From assembly GCA_016748015.1 (NCBI GenBank), contig JAAOMT010000512.1:1436893-1500892 (forward strand): 64,000 bases of DNA. Reading direction: 5' to 3'. Made by a program: the position numbers and the translations under genes. Positions 11,151 through 24,431 of the stretch are shown here, in pieces. The notes below the pieces were generated by a model. That model did no database searches and had not been told where the DNA came from. It saw only the letters and a list, made by a program, of their open reading frames with translations. The stretch's first letter is position 1, and every line of letters begins with the position of its first letter. Origin of the DNA: Geosiphon pyriformis uo1 (Eukaryota; Fungi; Glomeromycota).

Positions 11151-11828
11151 CATTGCTTGAGAAATTATAGCACATCACTTAAAAATGTGAGCAATCTCGT
11201 AAAACCCAAATTATGTATATATAGTGGTAGCATTAGAAGTAGAAAAAGACAGACCTCTCCATTTAGATTTCATCTAAGCGACCTTTTACTCCACAAATAT
11301 CAATAAATAATTATTCTCTATTTCAAATTCACTCTCCATTATTAACACTTCATGTTGATAATAATTAATACTTAAACACACTGGAACAATAACTCTTGAT
11401 CATGGCTATTGACAGGATACTAACTTGCAATTGCTTTTATTTACTTCTTTTATTTTCTTTTATTTTGTTATTTCTTTGTTTGACTAATCGATTAAAGATT
11501 AAGTGCTGAGTTATTAACATCAAGAATAGCCTGGTAAAAGACCCTAAAGGAAGGGTATAAGAATTATATATATTAATGAATAGCTTATTAAAAAGGCATC
11601 TCTGTCAAGATTACCAGCCACCATATTGAAAAAATAATTTGACAGAATTGTAATTCTGAGAGACTACTAGAAAGACAACAATTGAATCTCTGTCTATTAT
11701 ACAAAAGATTCAACCAAAATCTTTAGACACAAACAACACCTTTTAATATCCCCAAGCAGAACAATTAATTAAGCACTAAGTTATGAGTTTGTTATTTGAT
11801 TTGAGATCTCAAATAATCACTTATAACA
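11151..11828 (+). repeat. 3' LTR of element Z, missing the PPT and the start of U3
   Basis: Matches the family-1 LTR from the ATTGCT repeat block onward; ends TATAACA at 11828. Confidence 0.85.
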
Positions 11829-12200
11829 TCACTTACTTCCCAATAGCCTTAACAATTGATGTGATAATAATAATTCAGTCACTTACTTTCTAATAGTCTT
11901 AACAATCAATGCAACAATAATAATCAGATTTACTTATTTTTGGATGGTCTTAGTAATCAATGCAACAATAGTAATTCACTTACTTTTAGACAGCTACAAC
12001 AATCCACATAAATATATTAATCAAATTTGCTTATCTTTAAATGGTTATAGCAATTAATATAACAATGATAATCAGATTCACTTATCTTTGGATAGTCTTG
12101 ACAATCAATGTAACAATAATAATTTACTTCACTTACTTTTGGATAGTTATGGTAATTATTACAGCAATGCTAAATAAATTTACTTAGTGGCTTGGACAAT
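11829..12200 (+). repeat. Degenerate minisatellite, about 7 units of 45-51 bp
   Basis: Unit approximately TCACTTACTTTTGGATAGTCTTRACAATCAATGCAACAATAATAATCAGAT. Confidence 0.85.
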
Positions 12201-12689
12201 TATTCAATATTTGCCATCAAAACAAAGCAGAGCATGCTATTTTACACCAATTTGCTTATTGTAACTTTTAAAATTATACCAATAAAATAATAAATTAATG
12301 AATAAAGCAAACAATGATAGATTAATATAAGTTTTATTATTGCAATACTTAAATGCAAAATAGGGTCAATATTTTAAAATAATATTTAGGACACCTTTTA
12401 TAATCTGAGATACCTTATATGTCTGATTAAATATGAGATAACATCTGATGTTCATATCTAATATTATATGATTATAGTGTAACTATAGAGAGTAGAAATT
12501 ACTTATATTCTGATATCATATTTGTGGGTATAGGAACTATAAGGAGATATATATAGTAAAAATGACTATAAAGAAATAATATTATATATAAATGGTTTTG
12601 GTTTTTAAAAAAATGTAATTATAAGGAAATAGTGACTATAACCAGAGAGACTATAGAGAGAGTTTATTGTAAATGATAATACTATATAG

Positions 12690-13945
12690 TAATATGATTT
12701 CAGGCAATCACCATATACTGCTTTGACTAAGATTTTGTTGTCCCATTTTAATTTATAAGCTCTATTTTCTAGAATTTCTTCTATGTGAAATGGTCTATTT
12801 TATTTGAAGTTGAATTTTTCACTCTATTGTTTTTCTGCTTTGGTATAATATAAAAATACTTTGTCTCCAATTCTGAATTCAACTGGTTTATTCCATAGTT
12901 GGTAATCATGTCTTTTTTTTTGTTTTTTTTGTGATTTTTGAATATTATCAACTGCTTTTTGTTGTTTGTTTTCTAGTGTTTTTATTAAGTCATATGTTTT
13001 TCTTAACAATGTTTCTTGAAAATTGTTTTCTGTTATTGGTTCAGTTGGATATGTGCTGACTTTTATCTCTACTGGTAATGTTGCTATTCTACTATATACT
13101 AATTCAAATAGTGTTGTTTGTATAGTGTCTTGCTTTATTGTCCGATAAGCAAATAATACTAATAATATAAACAAATCTCATTTGTCTTGATTTTTTTGGC
13201 TGATTTTGGCAATTGTTTCACACAATGTTCTATTGAATTTTTCAACTAAATTATTAGTTTGTGGATGATATGGTGATGATAATAGTCTTTTTATTCCAAA
13301 TTTTTGACTTAATTCTGTTAATATTTTATTCACAAAGTGAGTTCTTTGATTAAATAGTAATTTTTTTGGGCATCCATGTTAACAAATCAAATCTTGATAA
13401 ACGAATTCAGCAACAGATTCTGCATCTGCTTTTTGAATGGCCTTTGCTTTTAACCACTTAATAAGATAATCTATGATTACTGCTATATATTTATTTTTTT
13501 TGCTGGTTATTGTTAATGATCTGACTAAGTTAATCTCAATATGATTGAATGGTTGTCTTACTTTAATTGGTCTTAATGGTTTACTCAGTCTTGTTTCTTC
13601 TCTTCTCTAACAAGCATCACAATTTTGAATGTATTAGATGATGTTTGGATACATTGATGGCCAATAGTATCTTTTTCTGGTTCTTTTTATGGTTGTTTCT
13701 TTGTAAAAATGTCTTGCTGTTAGATCAGAGTGTATGTTGAATAATATTGTTTCTTTCTCTGGTTTTGTGATTACTCTGGTTGGTTGATCTGAATTCTTTT
13801 TGTTTTTTTGATAAAGTATATTTTGGTGAGTAATAAAATATTTGGACTGTTGTTTAATATAATTTTATTCCTTTTGAGATAATTTTTTCTTGAACTATTA
13901 AGTATTTATAAAATATTGAAGTTGTTAATATTTTTGTGTATTCAT
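12690..13945 (-). pseudogene. pol: Integrase of element B
   Basis: ATG at 13945 (MNTQKY); PYHPQTNNLVEKFNRTL; track ORF 12824-13174. Confidence 0.88.
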
Positions 13946-13979
13946 CTTTTGTTATATTTTTGGATTAGAATGTTCTTAG

Positions 13980-15380
13980 ATTTGTCTTATCTGTGACAAA
14001 CTGTCAGTATTTTCATTTTTTTTTATTGTAGTGTACAGTATATTTAAATGGTAAAAGTTCTATTTTTTATTAAGCATAGCAGTTGTCTCCAAATTCTTGT
14101 TTCTAAATCAATGTCAATTCTTTGTGATCAGTGTATATGTCGAATTTTTGGCTTAAGTATTTCTTCCATTTTATAACTGCTTAATAAATAGCTAAGTGTT
14201 TTAGTGCTGGTGTTCTATAATTCTTTCTGCTGGACTTAAACTTTGGCTGACATATACAACTGGATGTTCTCATCCATCCAGTCTTCTTTGTAATAGTATA
14301 GCTCTCAATGCTTGACTTGATGTATTTGTAGTGATGATAAATGACTTGTTATGATCTGGATAAATCAATATTGAAGCTTGGATGAGTTTTCTTCTCAAAG
14401 TGTTAAAAGCTTTTTGTTGTTTTCTTATTCATTTATACTTCACATTTTTGGCTTGAAGCTGGTAAAATAATTGAGCTATTTTTGAAAAGTTCTGGATAAA
14501 GCAGTAGTAGTATTCAGCAAATTCCAAGAATGTTCATAGTTCTATCAAATTGGTTGGTGCTAAAAAGTTCTTTATTATCTCAATCTTGTCTGGATCTGTC
14601 TTGATTCTATCTTTGCTTACTACATATCCCAAGAATTTCAATTCTGTTTTGCCAAAAAAGCATTTGGTAACATTTAACTTTAATTTTGCTTGTCTTAGTC
14701 TTTCAAATACTTGTTGTAAATAATAAAGATAGTCATCAAATGTTTTTGAAAATACATTGGTGTTATTTAAGTAGACTACTACTAATTTCCATAGCAGTCT
14801 AGTATAAACAATTTTCATAAGCCATTGGAATATAGCTGGTATATTAGTCAAGCCAAATGGCATTATTTCGAATTCAAAATTTTTTTTTGGTTATAAAAGT
14901 GGTCTTCTCTTTATCTTCTAGTTTTATGACTACTTGCCAATAATTACTATCTAAATTCAATATTGAAAACCATTTCTTTTCTCCAAAAGTGTTAAATAAT
15001 TTTTGAATTTGTGAAGTTAAATAACTGTTTCTACAAGTTACTCTATTGAGTTTTCTGTAATCTACACAAAAATGAATTTTCCCATTTTTCTTATGAACTA
15101 ATACCATTGGTAATAACTATGGACTTATTAATAGTTGAATTAACCCATTGTCTAACATTCAATTGATTTCTTGTTAGATGAGTTTATGGCTTGCTAGTGG
15201 TACTTAATATGCTCTTTGTTTAATTGGCATTGCATTTTCAGTCTTAATTTGATGTTGGATTATGTTAGTTCTGCCAAATTCATTTTCATTAGCAAAGATG
15301 TCAGTAAAGTTGTTGAGTAATATTTTGAGTTGCATTTATTGTAATGAATTTAGGTTTTCTAAATTCATTTGTTTCAATTG
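13980..15380 (-). pseudogene. pol: RT and RNase H of element B
   Basis: FCVDYRKLN, MPFGLTNIPAIFQ, VVYLNN. Confidence 0.9.
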
Positions 15381-15799
15381 TTTTGGCTAGAGCAAATAGC
15401 ATTCATTTTGTCTGTAGATTGTTTGTAATATAATGTCCACATATTCACAAAGTTGTGAAAAATCTGGAATATTGTTTGGTGGTTGGTTGTCAACTTTAGC
15501 ACTTAAATATCTAATAATAGTTCCTTTTGGTATCTCAATAATATCTCCTGTTGTATTGTAGATAGAGATTTTGATGTGTTTAGAGCTTTTGGCTGGTATG
15601 TAAAGATTGGTGAGTTCAATTTTTCCTGATTTACAAATTGCAGCTTCTATTTCAAACATTTGAGCCTGATTTTTTACTTTTCTCTTCATAGCTAACATAT
15701 ACTGATTATATAGTAAAATAAAAATTAATTAACAGATGGAGATAATTTCTCTCTTGTCAACAATTTTTTCCTCTGTTATATTAATTAATATGTCTATTC

Positions 15800-16240
15800 T
15801 ATTTGTAGATCTGAATCTACTAATCCCTCTAACTGTAATCCCTAATTTTTTTCTATCTCCTACCTATATTAATTGAGTTATTTTGACCAGAGACAGGAAT
15901 ATTGCTTGTGCTATCTTTTTGTTTGGCTCTATAATATAGACTTTTTTTGAATCATTTTATAGTATTGCAATAATATTTCCCACATATTCTGCATCAATTA
16001 TTTCTTCTCTAATATTGATCCCCTTTTTTGCTAAACTACTCTTAAATATTAGTTGAATTATTGTTGTTGCTAAGATTTCTAAGGCTATTTTTAGATTAAT
16101 GCATATGTACGAATGTGGTTCCAATTTTATGACTTCTTTTCTTAGATATCTTAGATCAAACTCTGTATTGGTATTATGCACACATTCTGGTATAATACTT
16201 TCATTATTATTACTGAACCATTTAAGTTTCTGCTCCTTGG
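15800..16240 (-). pseudogene. dut: dUTPase domain of element B, decayed
   Basis: NTEFDLRY, FKSSLAKKGINI, IIDAEYVGNI, KIAQAI, RGISRFRST. Confidence 0.82.
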
Positions 16241-17329
16241 TAAAATCAGGAAGTGCAATGTATTGTTTTGGATTTGAATTAGAGTTTGAATCATTATTGT
16301 TATTGTCATTTTGAATGGAGCTGGAACTGTTGTTTTTATTGTTGTCATTATTGGAGTTTGAATCAGGATGAAATGTTGATTCCAATTCCAATGCACAGCT
16401 GCTGATTGGTTTTTCTTCTTCTGAGATCATGTAAATTATGTATAGTAATGGATTATAAATAAGATCACACTTATTACAATATTGAAAGTTATATGAAATT
16501 AAACAATAGTCACATAATTAGGTGTTTAGCTGCTCTAAACATTGTTTTTGCTCTTTCCTAGTGGGTGCTAATTCTTGGTAGTGTTTATGAAATTGTTTTG
16601 GGTCCATAGGGTTTAAAACAATATCTGAATTTGGGCTCCAATTAAATTCTATGGGTTCTGATGGGTTGTTTTTAATCATTCTTATTTTTTCTGGCAATGC
16701 ACTTTTAATTTTGGTGAGAACCATTCTCCATATTTTGTTATTATTATGTGAACAACCATCCAAATATTTTATAGCTCTTCTCTATATAGTGTCTATAGGC
16801 ATTTCTTTTCTTATCCAGTTGCTGATTAAAATCATGTATTGACACAATTTATTGCATGTTTTTCTACAACCAGGAATGTTATTCCACATTTCTTTGTCTA
16901 AAAAAGTTTCTCTACATACAAAGCATAGTTCATTATTCTATTTCTCTTGTTGTTTAGGTCATCCAAAATGCTTTAGAATACATGATTAGCAATAAAACTT
17001 GGTTGCCATTAGCCATTCTTTATCATTACCACAACATGTACTCATTAATGACAATTTTTTGTCACAGTCAACACATATTAACTTTGGTCAACAATAGTTG
17101 GGTTGAGATATAGTGTATAGAATGTAAGTAGAGATGGTGGTTTGAGTAAGCTTTTCTTCTTTTTTCTTTCATTTCCCTTTGTCTTTTTAGGTTAAAATTG
17201 GCAGTAGTTCATTGTGATTGCTTTTAGCCCATGATACTTGATAAGCTTTCTAAGTAGGTTTGTTCTTTTTTTCTTCTAATTCTATGAGTAGTGTTGATGT
17301 AGTGTTCATCTGAAAATGGCTGTATGTGG

Positions 17330-19928
17330 CCAGTATATGTATGTGCTAACTGTTTTGACTGAGTTAAAGTTCTTGTATGGTTTAATCAAACACTGCATTA
17401 GTTTTAAACAACCAGTTGTTGCCAACTAGTGCTTGATATTGGGTTGCTTCTATTACCAAGACTTTGATAGGAGCTATGATACTGTTGACTTCAAAAAAGA
17501 AGTCATCAATTTTGCCAATAAGAATTTTAGTCACTTTATTGGCTGTAATAATTCTGGCGCTAGCACAATCAACTTAGTGACCTAATTAGTCCATAAGTTG
17601 TTATGTAACAATGCTGTCTGCTAATCTACTATCAAGAATTAGTTTGATGAATTAATCATCAACTTTGGCATCAGTGTATATTGCAGTAATAGGTTTTATA
17701 TTAAGAACAGCTCTATTAAAAAAAGATGTTTTTGTTAATTTTTCTATTTTGAAAAAAAAATTACTGCTAATGATTCATTGTTAGTGACAGTTGCTGGTAG
17801 AATATTACTGGTAAGTGGTATTTGGTTAGTTTTCTGATTGTTGTTTTAAGTATTTTCTGAGATTACAAAGAGGCTTAAATAGTTCTGAGAATTTGGGTTT
17901 TGGGCATATCCAGTTTCTAAATTCCACTGGTATAATCCTGATTGTGGAGTTAATGAACTGAAATTGATTAATGTACTACTATTGCTGATCTTCAGTTTTG
18001 CTAAATAGTTCTCAGCCTTTGATTTTTAGTGAGCACTATCATTTGTGATAGTATTTGGATTTGCTGAGATTAATAAATTATTTGTGGCTGTAATTAATAA
18101 ATAACTAATACTGGAGTTTAATAAATGAATGGTTGATAAATTGGCTGCTGTGTCATTGATAGATAATTTGGTTGATATAATTCTGGATTTGGTTGATAAT
18201 TTAGAGTTTGAAACCAGCAATCAGAGTTTCAATATTGATTTCCTGATCATTGGTTATTTATGTGGTTGCAATAGTCGATTTGTAAGTGTCTTTGTTTACT
18301 ACAATAGTGACAACTACACATTTTAGTTTGCTATTGCTGATTGGTGGATGATAATAGATGTGACTAATGTTAGAAATAATTTGCATTTCCTTGATTATTA
18401 CATTATTGTAGAGGTTAATAAATGGCTTGATTGTTAACTAAGTATCCCTCTAATTTCTAATTGATTGAGTCACTGAATTGCTTTAACTTGGAATTCAAGT
18501 TAAATGATCTGTTTATTACTAGATTTATAGCTTGGCAGCTTTAAAATCTTTGGCATAAGTGACTGCAGCTTGAAGATTAACTGGATGTAATGAGCATATG
18601 TGTTGTAGGATGCTGTTGTATAATTCATGAATAAATTGATTCAAGATTTGGGCTATGATAAAATAATTAGCATCAATGACTTGGATTTAATGCAAGTTTC
18701 TGTGAAAGCATTTCAAATAAGTAGTGACTGCTTCTGTATCTTTTTGCTTAATAGTGATGAATATATTAGCCAAGCAATTAATGCTGTTGTTATTGCTGAA
18801 ATATCTTAGAAATTTTAGCTTGAATGCATCGAACATTTGGAATTTCTAAGCCAAACTTTAATACCAGGAATTGGCCATATCCTGTAAAAAATATGGAATA
18901 GCTTGGAGGACTTTAGTGTTATTCTATTCATTGGTAGCAATGGCTTTTCTCTCATTGTTAAGTTATATTTGAGCATTATCCTCTTTGCCAGTAAATTTCT
19001 TGAGTTTGGTGATTGAAACAAATGCTATTGGTGCAATTAATAGTTGTTGGGGTGGCTGTTGTAATTGTTGCTAGTGTTGTATTGGCTGTTATAGAGGTAT
19101 GACAACTAGTGGTAGATCTATTATGAGTTTTGGAGGTAAGTTTTGCTAATTAGCAATGTTAGAGTTTGGATTGTTTTGATTTTGTTGAGTTTGATTGATT
19201 AGAGTTTGATTTTCTGGGTTTTTTGAAATTGGGTTTTGATAATTAAATTCTTAATCTTTGTTTTCTTCTTTTTTTAATTCTGTCACTTCTCAAAAACTTG
19301 TGGTTCTGAAATCTGGTTAAAGTGGTGGTGATCAAAATTCTGATGGCATTGATAATTACAATTTAAATTCTTCAAAATAATTGTCATAGGTTTTTAATAA
19401 CTCTGCTTTTTTTTGTTTATTTTGAAATGAGAGGTGAACTAATGATGGTTTTGTATTTGAGATAGACATGTCTGATAATGAAATATTGATGGTGCTTTCA
19501 GATGTATAGTAATATAATAAGTTGGTTGGTGGTTCTATTCTTGTTTTCTTTCAAGTGAGTGGTTGTATTTTTTGAGGTGTTACTGCTGGTGTTTGTAGTT
19601 TTCTTTTGCTTTTGTTTGCATAAGTGATTGGATATCTTTGTTGAGTGTAATTTTTAATTTCTCTATTGATTTTAGTGAAGATTGTCATGAAGTTATAATT
19701 TATTGGTAAGCTGGTATTTTGGATTAATTCATTGTAAAAATTTCTTCTTGCTGAATTGGTTTCTATTGGTACTCCTAGCAAATATGAGATTTTCTTGTTG
19801 ACATAAAAATTAAAGGCTGATTCTGCTAATAAGTAATTGTTGATTAATCTCAAGTGTTAACAGTAATGTTGAAATAAGGATTTGGTGAATCTTAAATGAT
19901 TTGTATCTATTCTTTCTAATTCTGCCAC
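17330..19928 (-). pseudogene. gag: Gag and protease of element B
   Basis: LILDSRLADSIV and LVGNNWF protease motifs, decayed CHYC knuckle, N-terminal domain in track ORF 19551-19853. Confidence 0.82.
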
Positions 19929-19991
19929 TTTTGAATGGTTGTTTGTTGGTGCTGGTTCTCTGTAGGATTATATCTCACAAAAAGCACCAAA

Positions 19992-20812
19992 TGTTACAGA
20001 TAATTATTTGGGGTCTCAAATCAAATAACAAATCCGTAATTTGGTGTTTGATAACTGATATGATTGGTATTATCTAAAAATTTTGGTGATCCAAAGGTTT
20101 TGGTTAAGTTTTTTGTATAATAAACAGAGATTCAATAGGGTGCAATTTTTTTGTGATGAGTTTCTCAATTTTTTTCTTTAGCTTAGTGGCCAGTTTATTC
20201 TGGCAGTTGTGCTTTTTTAGTAAACTATCCAATTCTTACTCTGTATCCTTTTATTTGGGTCTTTTACCAAATTATTCAATACATCAATAACTCAATGTTT
20301 AATCTTTTAATCAATTAGTAAACAACAAGAAACAAATAAAGAAAATAAAAATAAAGAAAAAAAATAAAGAAAATTAAGCCAAGACAATAAAATTAGTATC
20401 TTGTCAATAGCCATAATCAAGAACTATTGTTTCAGTGTGATCAAATATTTGATACTATCAACATAAAGTGTTGATAGTAAAGAGAGTGATTTAGATAGTG
20501 AATAATTTTTTATTAATACTAATAATTCTAATAAAGATGTAGTAATGGAAAGGTCTTGGTTATTAATTCTGTCTTTTCTGCTTCTAATGCTCTTGCTATA
20601 TATATATAATTTAGGTTCTACAAGATTGCTCACATTTCTAAGCAATGTATTATAATTTCTTGAGCAATGCTTACATTGCTAAGCAATGTGCTCTAATTTT
20701 TTAACATTGCTCCACATTGCTGAGCAATGTGCTTATATACTAACTACTACTTTCTTATTAGTCTATCTGTTTTCCTACTATTTTTTTTTATATGTTTTTT
20801 TTATAAATAACA
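19992..20812 (-). repeat. 5' LTR of element B
   Basis: TGTTACAGAT...AATAACA; similar to the D and E LTRs. Confidence 0.92.
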
Positions 20813-23800
20813 GTATGTAATAACTTCTTAAACTAAATTGATTATTGAAAAAAATAGAAACCCAAATCCAAACCAAGATTATTTATTTTGGTTAACAGAC
20901 ATAAAACTAAATTTAATATATTTTTTATATTATTTTTTAATTTTAAAACATTTGATAAATTTAAAGACATACTTTTGTAACAATTTTACTACTGGTAATT
21001 ACACTCAAACTCTTATTTATTACTATTTTTGCCTTTTGATTCTACAATAAATAGATTACCAATAACTAATATTCAAGATTAAACTAAGAAATTATTGGAT
21101 TAAATATGTTCAATTTTATAGCCAACTTATTAACTTGTTCTATAAAGCTAGTAAGATTGTATTTAAAAACAATAAATCTATTATTTACTTTTACAAACAT
21201 TGACAAAAAAGGTTTAATATCTGAAAACAAATCAATACCAAAAAAAACCTAAAACATTACATAAAAAAAAAACTACTAGCAATCTGTACTTATGTTTTAC
21301 TACTAAAAGAAACTTAATAAGCAATTGATGTCTACTTTTTTTATATATGCCAGCCAACTATATTTAATCTTAAAAAAATACTAGTTTTTTATTATAATTA
21401 CTCAAATTTTTACTAGCTAAATATGTATTAAAATATGATCAAATTGTTTATACAAAATACAACAGACCAAAAAAAGATCAGCTTAACACAAATTTACATT
21501 TTTAAAAACCAAAACAAAACTAATTACAGCTTTTTTTAAAGCTTTATTATTAAAACAAATTACAGCATATTTGTTATATTTATATAAATCTAAATTATAA
21601 TTAATAAAACAAATTTTTTTTACTATATAATATCAATAAATTAAAAAGATTATAAATACTAATATTAACTAACAAGATATATAACAAAGTTTAATAACAA
21701 TTTCTTGATATTTATATTTGTTTATTATTAGTGGTTTTGGTTACACAAACAGAATTTTTTCTTATAAAAACTGACTAGTTAGTTATAACCAATTTGGCAA
21801 TATTAGCAAATTTAAATTCAATTAAAGTTTTTTGCTAAAAACCAATGAGTTGTATTTTAATAAACACTATTTTAAGGTGCATGAGCTGTTATTTTCTATG
21901 TTAACTGAATTACAGATAGTAGTCTTGGCTTTAGAGTGTGTTTTTTTTGATTGCTCTGTAGTTGTATACTTGGATAGTTAAGTTATATTAAATACATATG
22001 TTTCAAAACTTATGCTGGATTGTTTAAACTTTCATAATAAGTACTGGGTGGAAAGATGCCATATTGCTAATTTGATCAGAACCAAAAATATTTCTGTTAA
22101 ATAGGTAAAGATTAAAGGGCATTTAAGGGTTTTGAGCAATAATAAAGTTAATGTTCTAGCAGATAAAGCTGTATATTCTGAATTGTTGCTTCCTATAGAA
22201 ATTCATAGAAAATTTATAATGGCTGATGGCTAGATTGTTTTTGGGAATGTTTGCTATTTTGTTTGAAATGTTTATTAGTCTGTATATTATGCTCAATAAG
22301 AAGCTGATCCTGGTGCCAAAATAGTAAATAAGTCTTTAATTGCAGATATTAATTGGATTAGTACTGATGTAGTTTGGCATTCAGATTTATACATGCTGTT
22401 TGAGTTCATAAGCAAAGCTTCTACTATTCTTTATACTTATATGATAAAGGCTGTTCACAGAAGGCTGCCAACTGCAATAAGGAAGAGACTTTACAACAGA
22501 GTATATCCAAGTGTGTTATGTCTGTTTTGTGATAACATTAAACTATCTGATCATATTTTTACTTGTCCAAAAGACTCTAATACATGAACTAACATTTTAT
22601 TTATGTTAAGCTCTGAAAATCTCTGACAAATGATAGCTGCACATTGTTTTCCAAGATGCTGCATTCACTTCTCTCTGGAATCTTGAACATTGGTATTTAC
22701 ATGGTTTTGTGTAAAAGTTTTGTTTTTAAAAAATAGGTAGATAAGGCAGTTAATATTTTCAATAATTAGAAAAGAGCATTGTTTATAATAGTTAATTTCA
22801 TTCATGGTTTGGCTGAGAGACATCAAAGTAAGTTGTAATTGTTTAGGACTAAATTCAGAATAGGGTTGGAGAAAACCAGTCTGACTAAAGATGTTGGCTT
22901 GATTAATATGACTTTAAAGAAGATTCTGGGTCTTTTGTCTATGGGAACTGTTCAACTGCTTGGTATTTTCGAATTTTTTGCTGTTAGTTTTAGTTTGTGT
23001 AAGTTGTGCACTTTTTTTCAAGTATTGATAATGATGTGAAGGTTCTTATAAGTGTATAGTATAACTTAAACTGGCCTGAATGGCTGATCACATGTAGTAA
23101 GTACATAAACCATGTTTAGTTAGATTTTTTTATTATGTTTCTGTATGTTAAATAGTAATTAGACTGTACTTATTAATAAAATATAAAAAAAAACACTACT
23201 TTATCAAACTTAGAAAAAACTGATTCTATGGCTGATTTAAAAAAATCAACTAGAATTTTCTTAATAATTACTTTCTAATTTATATAAATATTTACTTTTT
23301 TAATATTATTATTAATTAAAATTTTTTTACTAATCATATTCTTAGTCTTTTTCAAATTTAATTTTGATGTAAAAAATAATTTTATAATAGCAGAAAATTT
23401 TAAAAAAATAAATATCTCTTTAAAACTATTAATAGAATAAAAAATTTTTTTTATTGTCATTAATTTATTACTAAAAGTCTTGTCAAACATAGCAAATAAC
23501 TTAATATTTAATGTAAATAATATAACTGGATTAAAAATCTTTTTTTTGATTTGTAACTTAACAATTAGCAACTGTTAAAAATCAGAAAACTTGAAAGATA
23601 AAAGTATCAAAACATTATTATTATTACTTAAATTATTAAAAAAAAAATTTTTATTCTTTGGCAAACTGCTTAAAACATATGTTTTAGTATATGTATTTTT
23701 TAATATAGCATTATTCATTGTATTGTCTATGTCTAAAACAATTAAGTTTATATAGTTAATTTTTTAATAATTATGTTTTTTATATTTTTAACTTCAAGAT

Positions 23801-24200
23801 TCTACTAATATTGCTTATTATATTGTTAACCTTACTATCCCAGAATTTTTTAAGTTCAATACCATCAACTTTTATATTATTAATATTCAAAAAATTAATA
23901 AACAAATTAACCAATTTACTGTCAATTATAAGTTTCTTTGGCTTTTTGTAAAATGTATTATAAGTATAAAAACTCTTTATATTTTTTTTGTATTAGACTG
24001 AAACTTTAATCCAACCAAATTAGAACTAGAATTGCCAACAAAAAAGCTCACCAGTTTTATAGTTATAAATAAAAGTATATTGAAAAAAACAATTAAAAGA
24101 GCAAAAAGAAAAAAAAGCTATTTTTTTAGTTTTTTTATGCTTTTATTGTAATTAAGAGATTAACAAAAAAACATTTTGTTGTTTTTTATTTGTTTATAAT
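20813..24200 (-). mobile_element. Old LINE fragment (ORF1 and start of ORF2), split by a second LINE at 21875-23190
   Basis: Collinear with LINE ORF1 at about 51900-53900; track ORF 23275-23571 is similar to 53110-53439. Confidence 0.8.
21875..23190 (+). mobile_element. 5'-truncated LINE: RNase H, C-terminal Cys-His motif, 3' UTR, A-rich tail
   Basis: TELQIVVLALEC, KIKGHLRVLSN, CLFCDNIKLSDHIFTC. 13-bp TSD AAACACTATTTTA (21862-21874) / AAACACTACTTTA (23191-23203). Confidence 0.9.
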
Positions 24201-24431
24201 AAAATATAAATAGATTATCAAATGTTTATTGTTAATTAATTCATATTATAAAGTTTATAATTAAGTTTTTTTACTGTAAATTTTTATATATATATATTTT
24301 ATTATTATTATTATTAACAAGTGCAGTTTAACTACTATCTAGTATACAGAAACAAAGCAAAATAAATTAAACTAAACATGGCTTATGCACTTTCTACACG
24401 TGACCAGCCACTTGGGCTCATTAAAGCAGCA

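Larger units (their letters stand above)
1..11828 (+). mobile_element. Ty3/Gypsy element Z (family 1), 3' portion only: integrase end, ORF3, 3' LTR; interrupted by element A
   Basis: 1-610 and 10493-11150 are collinear with the reverse complement of element D at about 39830-41130. Its LTR matches the B/D/E LTRs. Confidence 0.9.
12690..20812 (-). mobile_element. Ty3/Gypsy element B (family 1), 3'-truncated: no ORF3 or 3' LTR
   Basis: 5' LTR 19992-20812, PBS TGGTGCTTTTTGTGAG, then gag, PR, Cys-rich domain, dUTPase, RT (YLNN), RH and IN; similarity ends just after GDCLKSYY. Confidence 0.92.

Noticed and set aside
11829-12200. CRISPR-like array
   Set aside because: Whole units are similar with no unique spacers, there are no cas genes, and the context is eukaryotic retroelement DNA.
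19955-19991. Splice acceptor (YAG) just downstream of the PBS in A, B, D and E as the source of a start codon
   Set aside because: The phase relative to gag differs among B, D and E, and no donor was identified. It remains only an alternative to the GUG-start model.
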